Made by a program: the position numbers and the translations under genes
Assembly: GCA_032718475.1 (NCBI GenBank)
Contig: JAUCBJ010002667.1
Span: 1 to 35,389, forward strand
Source of the DNA: Nemertoderma westbladi
Lineage: Eukaryota; Animalia; Xenacoelomorpha
Direction: 5' to 3'
Length of the DNA: 35,389 bases
The notes under the pieces: model-generated
The model's database searches: none
Told to the model about the DNA's origin: nothing
Seen by the model: the letters and a program-made list of their open reading frames with translations, nothing else
Shown here: one piece after another, positions 24,212-35,389 of the stretch
How the letters are laid out: every line of letters starts with the position of its first letter
Numbering within the stretch: the first letter of the stretch is position 1

Positions 24212-24273
24212 CTGTTCCCTAAAGGAATGCCTGTTCATCACCATGGGTGATCTTCCTCCACACAACCCTTCCA
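24212..24273. repeat. Displaced last unit of the 63-bp satellite
   Basis: CTGTTCCCTAAAGGAATGCCTGTTCATCACCATGGGTGATCTTCC...AACCCTTCCA. Confidence 0.92.
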
Positions 24274-24368
24274 TCGATACAATTTACTCAATAAGTAAAT
24301 TCCACGATTATTATTACAAAGTTTTTCAGTCGTTTCGGATTTTTGCAAACCAGCAATAAAACGACCTA

Positions 24369-25236
24369 CACCATGTCCTGGGATACATTGTCGTTATTCG
24401 GGTACATGCCCCCTCCCCCAAATTTTTCTACAAATCTTTTTTAGATTGCATGAAATTTAAAACAGAGTTCGTTTCATCTCCCTCCTCCTTGCTGGGTGAG
24501 TCATATATTATTTTTGCTTTCATTCTTTAGCTACTCATTTGAAAAAGGTGTCTCCGTCGGTATCGCATCAGTTACACCGCAGTTATTCTTCAATCTCAGT
24601 CTTATACTGATTTATAGGTACAGTTAGAAATTATGTACCACAATCGGAATTTCGTCGTAAAGTAGCTGAGATATGGGCGATTAAAAGTTGCATGGTTTTA
24701 CAAACCATCTTCTAGAACATTTTGTTTATCCCATATGTAGCTGGGCAACAATGCAATAACTCTATAATCATACTATTGTGTAGCTAGCTATTCATACATA
24801 AACAAAGTCTTCCAGAATATGGTTTATTTGTTAAATGGAATAAAATAGCCTCGCGCAGGCGCAAAACCATGCAACTTTCAAACGCTCATATTTCAGCTAT
24901 ATATCTTAGCTTTACGACGAAATTTGTGATACATATTTGGAATCCTGCTTTCTATCCATGCTTTCCATCCAGCTTTCTAACTGTACCTACTACCTATAAG
25001 ATTGAATAATAACTACGATGTAACTGGTGCAATACCAACGGAAACACTTTTTTTAACGCTTGTAGCTAAAGAATGAAAGCAAAAAAAATTCTGGTTCACC
25101 CACGGAGGAGGAGGGAGGTGAAACTATCTCTGCTTAAAATTTAATGCAATCTCATTAAGATTAATTGTATAAAACTTTGGGGGGGGGGGGGGGGGGCTTG
25201 TACCAGAATTAAGACACTACATTCCAGAAAATGGTG
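24369..25236. mobile_element. Foldback MITE: ~870-bp imperfect palindrome flanked by TA (Tc1/mariner-like target)
   Basis: TA|CACCAT...ATGGTG|TA ends. Arms pair along ~400 bp, e.g. TTTTTGCTTTCATTCTTTAGCTAC / GTAGCTAAAGAATGAAAGCAAAAA, TAGGTACAGTTAGAAA / TTTCTAACTGTACCTA, AAAGTTGCATGGTTTT / AAAACCATGCAACTTT. Confidence 0.85.
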
Positions 25237-26081
25237 TATACTAGTAGCTAATAATAAATAATAAGTAAGCAAAATATAATACGATGCTGTAGATTAAACA
25301 AATACAACATAAACGAAAGAACATAAATAATATATTGTCTATGATGTTTGTATTAAATGCAACAAATCATAAGTAAATGGATGTTGTACATTATATTTGT
25401 TATTAATTAAAATCCTATCAAAATATACAATAATTTGACTATGTAACACCTGTAATAATATATTTTATAAATATATATACCTATAATATATACCCGGGGT
25501 TGCGGGGCTCCGATCTACCCGATCGGTACTAACCGATCTCGTAGTCACTTAGTTTGTGACTTTAGATAGGTTAAATAATATAGATTAATTATTTAGGCTA
25601 TTTAATAAACAACTTGTGCAGTTTACAATGTAAATTTACTATGGATATTCATAATATATATTATTGTTTTTTATATACCTATAATTAGATCGAACAGATT
25701 ATTTAGCTGTTAAAAATTCAAAATAAAATATCCAACTGTAATAGTCAATTGTGTACAGTGCAAATTTTAATACTATTATTACTTTTATAATATATAGCCG
25801 ATATTTAGCTGTAGTCAATATTATATTCATAACAAAGACAATTATTTGTTAAATATAATCCATTTTTGTAATATTCTCCGCTATCTTATAAAAGAAATTA
25901 ATAGTTATATTGTATTATTGTATTGTGCAATTATTATTAATTATTAACGAAAAAATATTCAACATTTTATACATATTATAGCAAAACAATTTCTAAGAGT
26001 GTATGTATGTATAAATTAATTAATCATATGATACAATTAAGTATAAACCAGTTTGTTAACAATATCTGCTGTATATGTCAA

Positions 26082-26253
26082 TTACTTATTCAATGACGTG
26101 GTATTGTTGATATATTCAGTGAGTGATTGTATACCGACAGTTATGTCTTGCAGTAGAGTGGCAACATTCTGATTATTGCTAACAACCTCAACAGATTGAG
26201 TGTAAGGGCAGTATCGTACGCTGAAGCTTCGTTTCATACGGCGTGTAAACTCC
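26082..26253 (-). CDS. TPH: Tryptophan hydroxylase, terminal exon (EFTRRMKRSFSVRYCPYTQSVEV...; tetramerisation helix)
   Basis: Conserved RxFxVRYxPYTQSVEV motif; acceptor TATTTAG| in phase 2 matches the upstream exon; TAA stop. Confidence 0.9.
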
Positions 26254-26407
26254 CTAAATAGCGGAAAATAAGTAATAACAAGTATCATTATATGGTTACT
26301 AATAATATGTAGTGCTGGGAGAATTCAAGTGAGAATATAAATAAACAACTAGCTAGCCTTCACCCACACAACCCACATCTACAGGAGGGGTTCTTCAGGC
26401 TAAGAGT

Positions 26408-26494
26408 CAAGGCCTACTTTATACTACTGTATACTTTATACTACTTTATACTACTGTATTGTATACTTTATACTTCTGTATAAAGTAGGCCTTG
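26408..26494. mobile_element. 87-bp mini-MITE with perfect 17-bp TIRs
   Basis: CAAGGCCTACTTTATAC...GTATAAAGTAGGCCTTG enclosing short TATACT repeats; flanks CTAAGAGT / CTTAAGAGT resemble an imperfect 8-bp TSD (hAT-like). Confidence 0.6.
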
Positions 26495-27425
26495 CTTAAG
26501 AGTACTACATATTTGTCGAAAAACAGCAAGCACTGACTGAATGACCAGTACCGATATCTAGGCCACATGATAAATATTGTATAGAGCCAATTAGGTTGCA
26601 CGAACACTAAATACTGTAGTAAGTCATATCAACTATATAGAGCAAATAAATTAATTAAATATAAATGTCCCGAAATAAATTCTAATAATTTTCAACTACT
26701 ATAGCACCCTGTGTCATTTATAATTTATGATTGAAACAATAACTAAATTGTCAAAAAATTTTATTACTAAATTTGATAAAAAGTTGTAAAAAGTAGTTTA
26801 TAAAAACAGGACCGAAAATTCTTCGTTTTCAACAAATTCAACGTAACATATCCTACAACACTGTATCATATTCAGTTGCGTACTGAGTAGCTAGCAAGAA
26901 CATAATATTAGTTAGTAATCATGATCACACCTGTCAGTTGCTTAGAATGATAAAAGTAATTTCCAATCGAACCACATAACATTGTCCACCTAATATTGGA
27001 CACAAATAATTAAATATTTACATACTTGTGTGTAAAGTAACACTTTACAGTGTGATGATCCGAGTGGCTTTGTTACATGAACGAACGTTAGTGAGTGAGT
27101 GAAAATAAAGCCACGAGTATCAGAACACTGTAAAGTACTTTGCAACAAGTATGTATGTAGTTTTATTTCAAAATTTGAACATTACGAAATGATTGTACAT
27201 ATATACAATATAAGTGATAGAAACTGCTCAAATTATATTAGTTGCTGTATAAATAAATGTAAAAATAATATAAATTATGTTATAAATATGCTAGCTTATA
27301 TTTATGGTGGCGTTTGGAGCCATGTTATAATTGTATAGCAAAGCCCAACTGGTTATTAATAGCTATACCCCGCCTACCGGTAGGTAATGCAGTAGGCCAA
27401 TCTGGCTGTCAGTCAAATTTCCACC

Positions 27426-27518
27426 TATTGTTTACGTATGGTATCAAATGACGGCGTTAAGTAATGTCCCCTTAGTGGACATTACTTAACGCCGTCATGG
27501 GTTACCACGTAAACAATA
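27426..27518. repeat. 93-bp hairpin (perfect 22-bp inner stem plus 12-bp outer stem)
   Basis: ATGACGGCGTTAAGTAATGTCC-CCTTAGT-GGACATTACTTAACGCCGTCAT; outer TATTGTTTACGT / ACGTAAACAATA. Confidence 0.92.
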
Positions 27519-27563
27519 ACACCAAATACATTACTAAATGTACAGGCAAATCTGTTCTGTACA

Positions 27564-30500
27564 GAACAATTCTGTCCGGGACAATTCGATCCCGAACAAT
27601 TCGGTCCCGTACAATTCGGTCCCGCATAATTATGTCCCGGACAATTCTGTCCCGTACAATTCGGTCCCGCATAATTATGTCCCGGACAATTCTGTCCCGT
27701 ACAATTCGGTCCTGCATAATTCTGTCCCGGACAAATCTGTCCCGTACAATTCGGTCAAGCATAGTTCTGTCCCGGACAATTCGATCCCGAACAATTCGGT
27801 CCCGCATAATTCTGTCCCGCATAATTCTGTCCCGGACAAATCTGTCCCGTACAATTCGGTCAAGCATAATTCTGTCCCGGACAAATCTGTCCCGTACAAT
27901 TCGGTCAAGCATAATTCTGTCCCGGACAAATCTGTCCCGTACAATTCGGTCAAGCATAATTATGTCCCGGACAATTCTGTCCCGTACAATTCGGTCAAGC
28001 ATAATTATGTCCCGGACAATTCTGTCCCGTACAATTCGGTCAAGCATAATTCTGTCCCGGAGAATTTTGTCCCAGACAATTCGGTCCCGTACAATTCGGT
28101 CCCGCATAATTATGTCCCGGACAATTCTGTCCCGTACAATTCGGTCCCGCATAATTCTGTCCCGGACAATTTTGTCCCGGACAATTCGATCCCGAACCAT
28201 TCTGTCCCAGACAATTCGATCCCGAACAATTCGGTCCCGCATAATTCGGTCAAGCATAGTTCTGTCCCAGACAATTCTGTCCCGTACAATTCGGTCCCGC
28301 ATAATTCTGTCCCGGACAATTTTGTCCCGGACAATTCGATCCCGAACCATTCTGTCCCAGACAATTCGATCCCGAACAATTCGGTCCCGCATAATTCGGT
28401 CAAGCATAGTTCTGCCCCAGACAATTCGGTCTCGTACAATTCGGTCCCGCATAATTATGTCCCGGACAATTCTGTCCCGTACAATTCGGTCCCGCATAAT
28501 TCTGTCCCGGACAATTTTGTCCCGGACAATTCGATCCCGAACCATTCTGTCCCAGACAATTCGATCCCGAACAATTCGGTCCCGCATAATTCGGTCAAGC
28601 ATAGTTCTGTCCCAGACAATTCTGTCCCGTACAATTCGGTCCCGCATAATTCTGTCCCGGACAATTTTGTCCCGGAGAATTCGATCCCGAACCATTCTGT
28701 CCCAGACAATTCGGACCCGAACAATTCGGTCCCGTTCAATTCGGTCCTGCATAATTATGTCCCGGACATTTCTGTCCCGTACAATTCGGTCCCGCATAAT
28801 TATGTCCCGGACATTTCTGTCCCGTACAATTCGGTCCCGCATAATTCTGTCCTGGACAATTCTGTCCCGGACAATTCTGTCCCAGACAATTCGAACCCGA
28901 ACAATTCGGTCCCGTTCAATTCGGTCCTGCATAATTATGTCCCGGACATTTCTGTCCCGTACAATTCGGTCCCGCATAATTCTGTCCCAGACAATTCGAT
29001 CCCGAACAATTCGGTCCGGGATAATTCTGTCCCGGACAATTCTGTCCGGGACAATTCGATCCCGAACAATTCGGTCCCGCATAATTATGTCCCGGACATT
29101 TCTGTCCCGTACAATTCGGTCCCGTATAATTCTGTCCCGGACAATTCGGACCCGAACAATTCGGTCCCGTACAATTCGGTCCCGCATAATTCTGTCCCGG
29201 ACAATTCGGACCCGAACAATTCGGTCCCGAACAATTCGGTCCCGTACAATTCGGTCCCTAACAATTCGGTCCGGGATAATTCTGTCCCGGACAATTCTGT
29301 CCGGGACAATTCGGACCCGAACAATTCGGTCCCGAACAATTCGGTCCCGTACAATTCGGTCCCTAACAATTCGGTCCGGGATAATTCTGTCCCGGACAAT
29401 TCTGTCCGGGACAATTCTGTCCCGGACAATTCTGTCCGGGACAATTCGGACCCGAACAATTCGGTCCCGAACAATTCGATCCCGAACAATTCGGTCCGGG
29501 ATAATTCTGTCCCGGACAATTCTGTCCGGGACAATTCGGACCCGAACAATTCGGTCCCGAACAATTCTATCCCGAACAATTCGGTCCCGTACAATTCGGT
29601 CCCTAACAATTCGGTCCGGGATAATTCTGTCCCGGACAATTCTGTCCGGGACAATTCGATCCCGAACAATTCGGTCCCGCATAATTATGTCCCGGACATT
29701 TCTGTCCCGTACAATTCGGTCCCGTATAATTCTGTCCCAGACAATTCGATCCCGAACAATTCGGTCCTGCATAATTCTGTCCCGGACAATTCGGACCCGA
29801 ACAATTCGGTCCCGAACAATTCGGTCCCGTACAATTCGGTCCCTAACAATTCGGTCCGGGATAATTCTGTCCCGGACAATTCTGTCCGGGACAATTCGGA
29901 CCCGAACAATTCGGTCCCGAACAATTCGATCCCGAACAATTCGGTCCCGTACAATTCGGTCCCGCATAATTATGTCCCGGACATTTCTGTCCCGTACAAT
30001 TCGGTCAAGCATAATTCTGTCCCGTACAATTCGGTCAAGCATAGTTCTGTCCCAGACAATTCGATCCCGAACAATTCGGTCCCGCATAATTCTGTCCCGT
30101 ACAATTCGGTCAAGCATAGTTCTGTCCCAGACAATTCGATCCCGAACAATTCGGTCCTGCATAATTCTGTCCCGGACAATTCGGACCCGAACAATTCGGT
30201 CCCGAACAATTCGGTCCCGTACAATTCGGTCCCTAACAATTCGGTCCGGGATAATTCTGTCCCGGACAATTCTGTCCGGGACAATTCGATCCCGAACAAT
30301 TCGGTCCCGTACAATTCGGTCCCGCATAATTATGTCCCGGACATTTCTGTCCCGTACAATTCGGTCAAGCATAATTCTGTCCCGTACAATTCGGTCAAGC
30401 ATAGTTCTATCCCAGACAATTCGATCCCGAACAATTCGGTCCTGCATAATTCTGTCCCGGACAATTCGGACCCGAACAATTCGGTCCCGAACAATTCGGT

Positions 30501-31386
30501 CCCGTACAATTCGGTCCGGGATAATTCTGTCCCGGACAATTCTGTCCGGGACAATTCGATCCCGAACAATTCGGTCCCGTACAATTCGGTCCCGCATAAT
30601 TATGTCCCGGACATTTCTGTCCCGTACAATTCGGTCAAGCATAATTCTGTCCCGTACAATTCGGTCAAGCATAGTTCTGTCCCAGACAATTCGATCCCGA
30701 ACAATTCGGTCCTGCATAATTCTGCCCCGGACAATTCGGACCCGAACAATTCGGTCCCGTACAATTCGGTCCCGCATAATTATGTCCCGGACATTTCTTT
30801 CCCGTACAATTCGGTCAAGCATAGTTCTGTCCCAGACAATTCGATCCCGAACAATTCGGTCCCGCATAATTCTGTCCCAGACAATTCGGACCCGAACAAT
30901 TCGGTCCCGAACAATTCGGTCCCGTACAATTCGGTCCCTAACAATTCGGTCCGGGATAATTCTGTCCCGGACAATTCTGTCCGGGACAATTCGATCCCGA
31001 ACAATTCGGTCCCGTACAATTCGGTCCCGCATAATTATGTCCCGGACATTTCTGTCCCGTACAATTCGGTCAAGCATAGTTCTGTCCCAGACAATTCGAT
31101 CCCGAACAATTCGGTCCCGCATAATTCTGTCCCAGACAATTCGGCCCCGTACAATTGGTTCCGAACAATTCGGTGCCGTACAATTCGGTCCTGTACAATT
31201 CCGTCCCGGACAATTCGGTCACGGACAATTTGGTCCTAGGACAATTCTGTACTATTTATTTAATGTTTTGGGACCGAATTGTCCGGGACCTAATTGCTTG
31301 ACCGAATTATCCGAACCGACTTGTCCGGGACTGACTTGACCGTGACCGATTTGTCCGTGACCGAATTGTCCAGGACCGAATTGTCC
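27564..31386. repeat. 15-bp minisatellite (~245 units, ACAATTC(G/T)GTCCCG(G/T/A/C)) ending in ~8 inverted units; lies in the last TPH intron
   Basis: Strict 15-bp period to ~31250, an AT-rich spacer of ~20 bp, then reverse-complement units (GGACCGAATTGTCC) at 31270-31386. Confidence 0.97.
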
Positions 31387-32374
31387 TATGTCCGCTTTTA
31401 TGTTATTTTAACGTATTAAATTATTCTAGTATTGCATTATGCATTGGTTTGGTAAGCCTACCGCTGCTGTTCAGGTAACATATAGTCTAAAATTTAAACA
31501 CAACTTTAAAGAAATTTTCCTGAAATGTATTCCACTGTAGAGCAATAATTTATTATTATTTTTACCTTCTATCTAATTTAGGGTTCTCCCTAACTAAATA
31601 AGCTGTCAATCATTAGGTAACACCTAATGTTTACATTTTGGGCAATAAACACTATAAATTAGTTTATTGCTGTATTGAATTTTATTTTTCCTTAGAATAT
31701 AAAGGAGTAGATTATTGTGTATCATGCGAGCACAACGAGCAGATTTACATAAATAAACAAACAAGGTTCGGTTAGAAACGCTGTATAGTGCTAATTTTAC
31801 ACAATAGTTTGCGAAATTTTGTTACATTATGTCCACCTTAATTAATTAAAAAGGCTTAATTAATTAGCTTTAATATTGTAATGTATTGCATTTGATACAA
31901 TAAATGTACTGTAGATAATCTTACACCATACAAAAGCTATCATCAATGTAGAATACACAAGATGTGTTCTAGCAAAGATTTGCTATTGCTGCGTTACGAG
32001 GATATAGCAAAAAAGTTTATAAATTTATACAATGTTACAAATTCTTTAGTATCTATTGTATAATTCAATATATTATTACTTTGCTTTATATTATATTATA
32101 ATATATTAAATAATAATATATATATAATAATAAACCAAAAAGATCTAATTTAAATTAATCTTAACTTCAAATTATAGACGTAAACATAATGTTAATGTAA
32201 AAGCTCAAAATGTTCCAAGCAAATGTTTCATAGCAGCTATAACTAAAGCTAAACAGCCACACAACATTTTAACGCCAAAAGGACTGATTGTTTGCACAAG
32301 AATGTTCATAATTCATAAACTTGTCTTTCATACAAAATTGAATAAAAAAGCAAAAAAATAAACCCTTAACAAAC

Positions 32375-32508
32375 CTGAGGCGACCCTTTGCATCATCGAA
32401 GCTGTTAGTAATGAAATATCCATCTTGGAAGGTTGTTATCCGACATTCCATGTTGAGAACAGATGCGGGATCAAAGTCCATTATATTTGCCTCACCAGAA
32501 ACAGCATG
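32375..32508 (-). CDS. TPH: Tryptophan hydroxylase exon (HAVSGEA...ECRITTFQDGYFITNSFDDAKGRLR)
   Basis: Acceptor TTTTCACAG|, donor AG|GTTTG; ITTFQ motif typical of TPH. Confidence 0.92.
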
Positions 32509-33226
32509 CTGTGAAAAAAAGGAATGTTGCTTTTCTAATACATGTTATGTATCTGAACAGATTATTTGACATTCGTAAAATTTAATTTAAAGTCGTAAAT
32601 ATATTTTGGTTTCAAATTATAAATTATATATTAATATGTAACTTAATTTGTTTTATGTATTGAATTTTAAATGAAGAAAGAAAACCCTTTCTGCTAGATG
32701 GTAGATACAGTACAGTACGTAAAACACAAAAATATATCGCTCATGCGTATGCTCTCCACTCACTCCTTGGGGCAACCAAATGGCAAGATTGTGTTGTGCA
32801 CCTCACTATGAAAGTAATGTGCTACAAAGATACCAGTACTGCTATATAAGAGATATAGGTTGACTTGTGTTAGCTATTCTCTGAATTTAGTTACAATTAA
32901 TTAAAATATCTTTTTACAGAACTATCGCGAAAATCTACTTTATTTACAAGTGAATTAAAGTAACAATATTTCATTGTGATTGAACCGTATTCTACGGTTA
33001 TGCCAGTTAGGCCTAACAAAAAAGATCAATCACCACAGATGGAGACAGCACAAGCATTATAGGCAACTTCTTTTCTCAGTTGTTATTTCATATTTTGGTT
33101 CTTACTTAACTTACAGGTTATAATTTTTGCTTAACAATTAAATTAATAATTATTTACGTTATATTTCTTTTTGAATCATGTTAAAGTTTATTTTCACATT
33201 TGAATATATTTTAATAAATCAGTTAC

Positions 33227-33449
33227 CTTAAATTCCGCTACTGAACTTAATAAACCGGCCCCGAATACTTTGACCTGATCATCCTGTTTACAGAGACCGA
33301 ACTCCACGGTAAAAAAATAAAGTTTAGCCAGGTCATTGACCTCGCGTTCGTTGGCCCCCAACGATGCCAAACCGATCTCTTGACTGAATTCCGCGAACTT
33401 TCTGTCGGCGAGGAGGGGCATATGTCCCAGTAACTCGTGACAGCAATCT
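33227..33449 (-). CDS. TPH: Tryptophan hydroxylase exon carrying the iron ligands (DCCHELLGH...[10 protein letters not shown]...GAGLLSS)
   Basis: 2-His-1-Glu iron-binding motif. YFFTVEFG (Phe) distinguishes TPH from the YWFTVEFG of PAH and TH. Canonical AG/GT sites with consistent phases. Confidence 0.95.
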
Positions 33450-33725
33450 CTGTGAAGGTAAAGTTTAGATCATGTACATACATTGTATGCCCAGTATTCT
33501 GAAATTTTCTGATATGGCTCCCTGTGTTGACTAACCGAAACTTACTTAACCTCTCAAAAACAAAACATTGATTTACTAAAAGTACAAAATTCCAGTATAA
33601 TTACACTAGTTATTAATGACATCCATCAACTTAAACCAATCAACCGTCTGCTCATATCCAATCTACTCTTAATTATTACCCATAATTCTACCATAATTTA
33701 TTAGTCTTACATATTGTCTACTAAC

Positions 33726-33861
33726 GGTTCCGGTGTGTACAATGGCTCGGATGAATGGCGAATATACTGGGTGGAATGGAACACTCGGAAGGCCAAACCA
33801 GCTAGAAAGTCTCTGGCAGAAAGATAGCCAGCCACTGGTCGAAGTTGAAAACCGGTGCGCT
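33726..33861 (-). CDS. TPH: Tryptophan hydroxylase exon ([46 protein letters not shown])
   Basis: Not in the ORF track; translated by hand. VAGYLS (Tyr) is TPH-type, versus VAGLLS in PAH/TH. Acceptor TTTTAG|, donor CC|GTTAG. Confidence 0.94.
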
Positions 33862-34421
33862 CTAAAATTATAATTAATATGGGAATTTGGGCTTATTTGA
33901 AAATACCAGACATTTTGCCTGTATATTTCACTTTGCAGTTACCCCCATATGAAGAATACCAGGTTTTCACAAAAAACGAAGGTTACAGAAGGACTGAATC
34001 TAACCAAAACAATAAACGAATTAGTATATGTGCAGGTTATAAGACAGTAATTAATGCTATAAAACACTTAATAAAGATAAATTAAAAAAATAAAAATCTT
34101 CATATATAAATATCCAATAAAATGTCGACCGAAAAGTGAAATCCTGGTATTCTTTACATGGGCGGGAATTTAAGGTAACTCAGAAGTATAACATTAAAGG
34201 CTTATCGCATGAACTCACATCACCAAACTCATCTTATGGTGGGCTGCGCAGAAAGGTCATATATAACACATCTAGGCACATTAAAAAAATAATACAATTA
34301 TTGATTAATTTAATAATGAACAGTTCATTAAAAGTCACCCCAAATACCTTCATGTGTTTGGCTCTACACCCGAAATGAAAACGTAAATCTTGGATCCATA
34401 ATACAGTAATTATCAACCTAC

Positions 34422-34618
34422 CTTTGAGGAATTGACTTATATCTTGTAGTTGAGGTATATTATCCTCTCTGTAGCCGCAATATAACTCGAGTAATGGCAG
34501 ATTCGCAAGATATTCCTTGCAACCATATTTGGGGTAAAGTTCCATTAATGCACGGTAGATGGTACCCCATGTAAGAACTTCCTCAGATGTGTAGCTTATC
34601 CTGGGTATTTGTTCTCCA
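34422..34618 (-). CDS. TPH: Tryptophan hydroxylase exon ([18 protein letters not shown]...[20 protein letters not shown]); upstream exons not found in the window
   Basis: Conserved [12 protein letters not shown]; acceptor TATTTAG|, donor AAG|GTAGG. Confidence 0.94.
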
Positions 34619-34899
34619 CTAAATAACATAACAGATATTTTATTAAATTAAACAGAGAGCATCATACTCACTCTTATAGTCCCCCTCCCCCCACCTACTG
34701 TACCTTGAGCTTCAAAGTTTTACCACCCGAATTGTATCATTTCGAAGATATACGCTTCGCTTTTATTTCTTTAACATTTATTATACTCAAAGTGAGAACA
34801 ATAATTAGACAACAACCAATATAATGGCTTATAAGTGTCCTTTTGTCACGCTTCGCTTTTAATAACGGTATAAATAGATCGAACGCCGTTTCAGTGACA

Positions 34900-35290
34900 C
34901 AACCCCCCTCCCCCCCTCTCCAATATTTATACTAATCTTAATAAGATTACATAAATTTGAATCACAGATAGTTTCACTTCCCGACCACTTTCTGGGTGAC
35001 ATATTTCGATGATATTTTTAGATTCAAGCATTTGAAAAGGTGTCTCCAAACGATATCTCACCAGTTATAGCGCAGTTATTCTTCAAACATATAGCGCCAT
35101 GGAAAGCAGGCCATGCATCCAAATGATTCCAAATATGTGACGCAATCTTCTGATATACGAGCGATCGAAAAGTTACATGGCTTTACATCTGCGCGGGTCT
35201 ATATAATTCTATTTAACAAATACACAATGTTCTGGAACATTTTATATGAATCTCATAAGTAGCTTGCACATTGCAACACATGTATAATAA
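34900..35290. mobile_element. Single diverged arm of the same foldback MITE family as 24369-25236
   Basis: Shares, in the same order, a poly-C run, TAATCTTAAT(A/G)AGATT, AGATAGTTTCAC, AAAAGGTGTCTCC, CGCAGTTATTCTTCAA and AAAAGTT(A/G)CATGG. Boundaries approximate. Confidence 0.75.
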
Positions 35291-35389
35291 TAGCGATATT
35301 ATATTTATTTTTTATATAGAATCAGTTACAGTAGTAGTATATATATATTTATGATTTATAATCATACAGTATATAATATAGATAAATAA

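Noticed and set aside
25495-25560. GC-rich patch with a small GATCGGT/ACCGATC hairpin downstream of TPH
   Set aside because: Stem is only 7 bp; no recognisable ncRNA or element terminus can be supported.
27497-31339. Three >1200-aa ORFs (RTIRS, NSVP, DRIVR repeats)
   Set aside because: Overlapping translations of a 15-bp satellite inside a TPH intron; no independent evidence of coding.
26082-34618. Phenylalanine or tyrosine hydroxylase identity
   Set aside because: Diagnostic residues [14 protein letters not shown] and ITTFQ are TPH-type.

Overview
AT-rich animal (probably invertebrate) genomic window with spliceosomal introns. Two convergent host genes flank about 21 kb of mostly mobile and repetitive DNA. 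On the + strand is a 3-exon gene (2043-4474) for an uncharacterised 467-aa protein with a YAP/FAM181-type TEAD-binding motif. On the - strand are the last five coding exons of a tryptophan hydroxylase (34618-26082). Between them lie a TIR element, a very young 11.9-kb BEL/Pao LTR retrotransposon (1236-bp near-identical LTRs, GAATG target-site duplication), a 63-bp minisatellite interrupted by a 1956-bp solo LTR, and a foldback MITE. The last TPH intron holds a 3.8-kb 15-bp repeat array. The BEL element is the most unusual object. It keeps an intact Gag-protease ORF but lacks RT and integrase, and it has no tRNA-type PBS; instead the 12 nt after the 5' LTR are exactly complementary to a site within the LTR, suggesting Tf1-like self-priming. 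Its gag also carries a cluster of consensus splice donors that could join downstream CAG|TAG acceptor-stop sites. All coordinates were read by eye and no database searches were run.
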